From Chloroflexota bacterium (GTDB taxonomy: Bacteria; Chloroflexota; Limnocylindria; Limnocylindrales; CSP1-4), in the NCBI GenBank assembly GCA_016191425.1, contig JACPOR010000036.1, positions 3,002-67,001 of the forward strand: a stretch of DNA of 64,000 nt, written 5' to 3'. How positions within the stretch are numbered: position 1 is the first letter of the stretch; each line of letters starts with the position of its first letter. Made by a program: the position numbers and the translations under genes. The notes beneath the pieces were generated by a model. That model had not been told where the DNA came from and did no database searches. It was given only the letters and a program-made list of their open reading frames with translations. Shown in pieces: positions 62,527 to 64,000 of this stretch.

Positions 62527-63935
62527 GGGCCAGGCGAGCCTGCCTGGCGGCCGGGCGGGTGGCCCGCCCAGTCGCCGTCGCGGAGCGTGTGCGGGGCGTA
62601 TTGGGCGATGACGCTCATGACGTGGGTACCCGTTCGAGCGCCCTCGACGAGCGAGGGGTCCACCAGGGACGGAATGGTGGCCTCGACGATCGGCGCGTCC
62701 GAGGCGCGCCCATATTTCGATGCGTCGAAGGCCCGCTCCATGGCATCGATCCCGGGTGGAACGACGATCCGTCCGCGGAGCAGCTGATCGGCGTCCCCGC
62801 CGGCCGCGGGAAAGACGGGCAGCCCCTTCAGCGCGAGGTTGACCTTGGCGACCACCCCCGGGGTCCGGATGTTGCCGGCTCGCCAGCCGAGCGAGGGCCC
62901 GAGCGCCACGGGATCGACGAGATCGACGAGCGTCCGTTTCGGGTCAGCACCGGACACGATCGCCCGCGCGGTGATCACCTCGCCCGAGGACAGGACGATG
63001 CCGGTCGCGCGTCCATCCTTCGAAGTGATGGCCGTCACCTCGGCCCCGGTCCGGATCTCGGCGCCGGCCGCCCGGGCCCCGGACGCGAGCGCTACCGACA
63101 GCGCACCGGGGCCGCCGCGGGCGAAGACGGTCTCGCCGGCCGCGCCGCCATCATTGCCCGCGGAGTCCATGAGCAGGACCGAGGCCGTGCCGGCCGACCA
63201 CGGCCCGACCGAGCCGTATCGAACCCCGCGCCACGCGATCGCCGCCCGTACGGCATCTGTCTCGAAGGCCTCGGCCACGAGATCCGCGACTGCCATCGGC
63301 AGGATGCGCAGGATCGTGCGTGCGTCGTGCTTGCCGAGCCGGCGGAACGCTCTGCCGAGCTTCAGGCCGGTGAGCGCGTCACCGATCCCGGGTGCATCGA
63401 TGTCCGGCGGCGCCGAGCGTCCGAGCTCATCGAGGAACCTGGCCATCGAGCGGACCAGGCGATCGAACCCGACGTACGCGTCGGCGTCCGCAGCAGATCT
63501 GGCGCGAAGGCCCGCGGCCGTCTTTGCCGCATCACCCCAGAAGACGACAGCCGACCCGTCCGGCGAGGGAGCGAGAGCTCGCACGTCCGGGGCCATGAGC
63601 GCCAGCCCGTGACGCTTGAGATCCAGATCGCGCTGAACCGACGGACGCAGCCGGCCCACCGTGTGCGCCAGCGCCGGAACGCGGATCCCCGGGCCCAGTT
63701 CCGCGGTGTCCGCGGCGCCGCCGAGACGATCGCGACGCTCCAGGACCAGTGTCCGTAGGCCGCCTTTCGCGAGGTAGGCGGCGGTGACGAGCGCGTTGTG
63801 TCCGCCCCCGATGATCACGGCGTCCCACGGAGCCACGGCATGCCTGATCGCGGGAGGGGCCGCCGGCGCGGGCACCGGGGCCGGATGTGTGATCGGCGCG
63901 GGCACCGGGGCCGGATGTGTGATCGGCGCGGCCAT
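62406..63935 (-). pseudogene. Phytoene-desaturase-family (CrtI-like) FAD oxidoreductase whose 3' end is replaced by the repeat element
   Basis: DAVIIGGGHNALVTAAYLAKGGLRTLVLERRDRLGG dinucleotide fold. Family-like sequence stops at ...YAPHTLRDGDW (~62568), after which the ORF reads into the element. The true start may be GTG 63836, because 63837-63930 is a 33-bp x2 repeat. Confidence 0.65.
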
Positions 63936-64000
63936 CAGGCCACTCGCTTTCCGCGCGAGCGCAGCAGTTCCATCGCCGCGATGCGACCGTTCGCGCCCAT
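63935..64000 (-). CDS. C-terminal 21 codons of an upstream gene, probably a second phytoene-desaturase-family oxidoreductase
   Basis: ...GANGRIAAMELLRSRGKRVA* resembles the family C-terminus (G.PG.NAA.EIL). The stop overlaps the next start (ATGA). The rest lies outside the window. Confidence 0.4.
   Translation of the reverse strand: MGANGRIAAMELLRSRGKRVA

Overview
High-GC (roughly 68-70%) bacterial chromosomal segment; the taxon cannot be assigned from sequence alone. The six-frame track is dominated by long spurious antisense or off-frame ORFs, so genes were called from recognisable motifs, signal peptides, SD sequences and stop/start coupling. Many track starts are over-extended into repeat-filled intergenic DNA. 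Housekeeping content: acs (partial), an MscS-family channel, a class-III aminotransferase and a FAD oxidoreductase (divergent pair), polX, two tandem GAF-GGDEF cyclases, and an MgtE-like soluble sensor next to an Nramp-related transporter. There is also a long minus-strand chain lysC-birA-ECF sigma-anti-sigma-accD-accA-(Lys-less BCCP-like)-accC-fabZ-phosphoesterase-fabF-accB-fabH, then fabG, plus hom-thrC-thrB, trpS and an AI-2E permease. Accessory content: (1) a 972-aa orphan protein with a degenerate Zn-ribbon methylase-like N-terminal region and a PD-(D/E)xK-like C-terminus; (2) two paralogous HTH_XRE/PD-(D/E)xK fusion proteins; (3) a Fic protein; (4) three VapBC-type toxin-antitoxin pairs; (5) an ECF sigma/anti-sigma pair followed by four co-directional secreted proteins that share a C-terminal domain; (6) a decayed STAND-type ATPase pseudogene; (7) a phytoene-desaturase-family gene split by a repeat element. 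The most unusual sequence-level property is that almost every intergenic gap carries its own short tandem-repeat array. On top of that sit three dispersed repeat families: a ~120-140 bp hairpin/MITE-like element, ~45 bp arms arranged as inverted pairs around 123-137 bp unique spacers, and a 94 bp element inside the fab operon. No tRNA, rRNA or CRISPR array was found.
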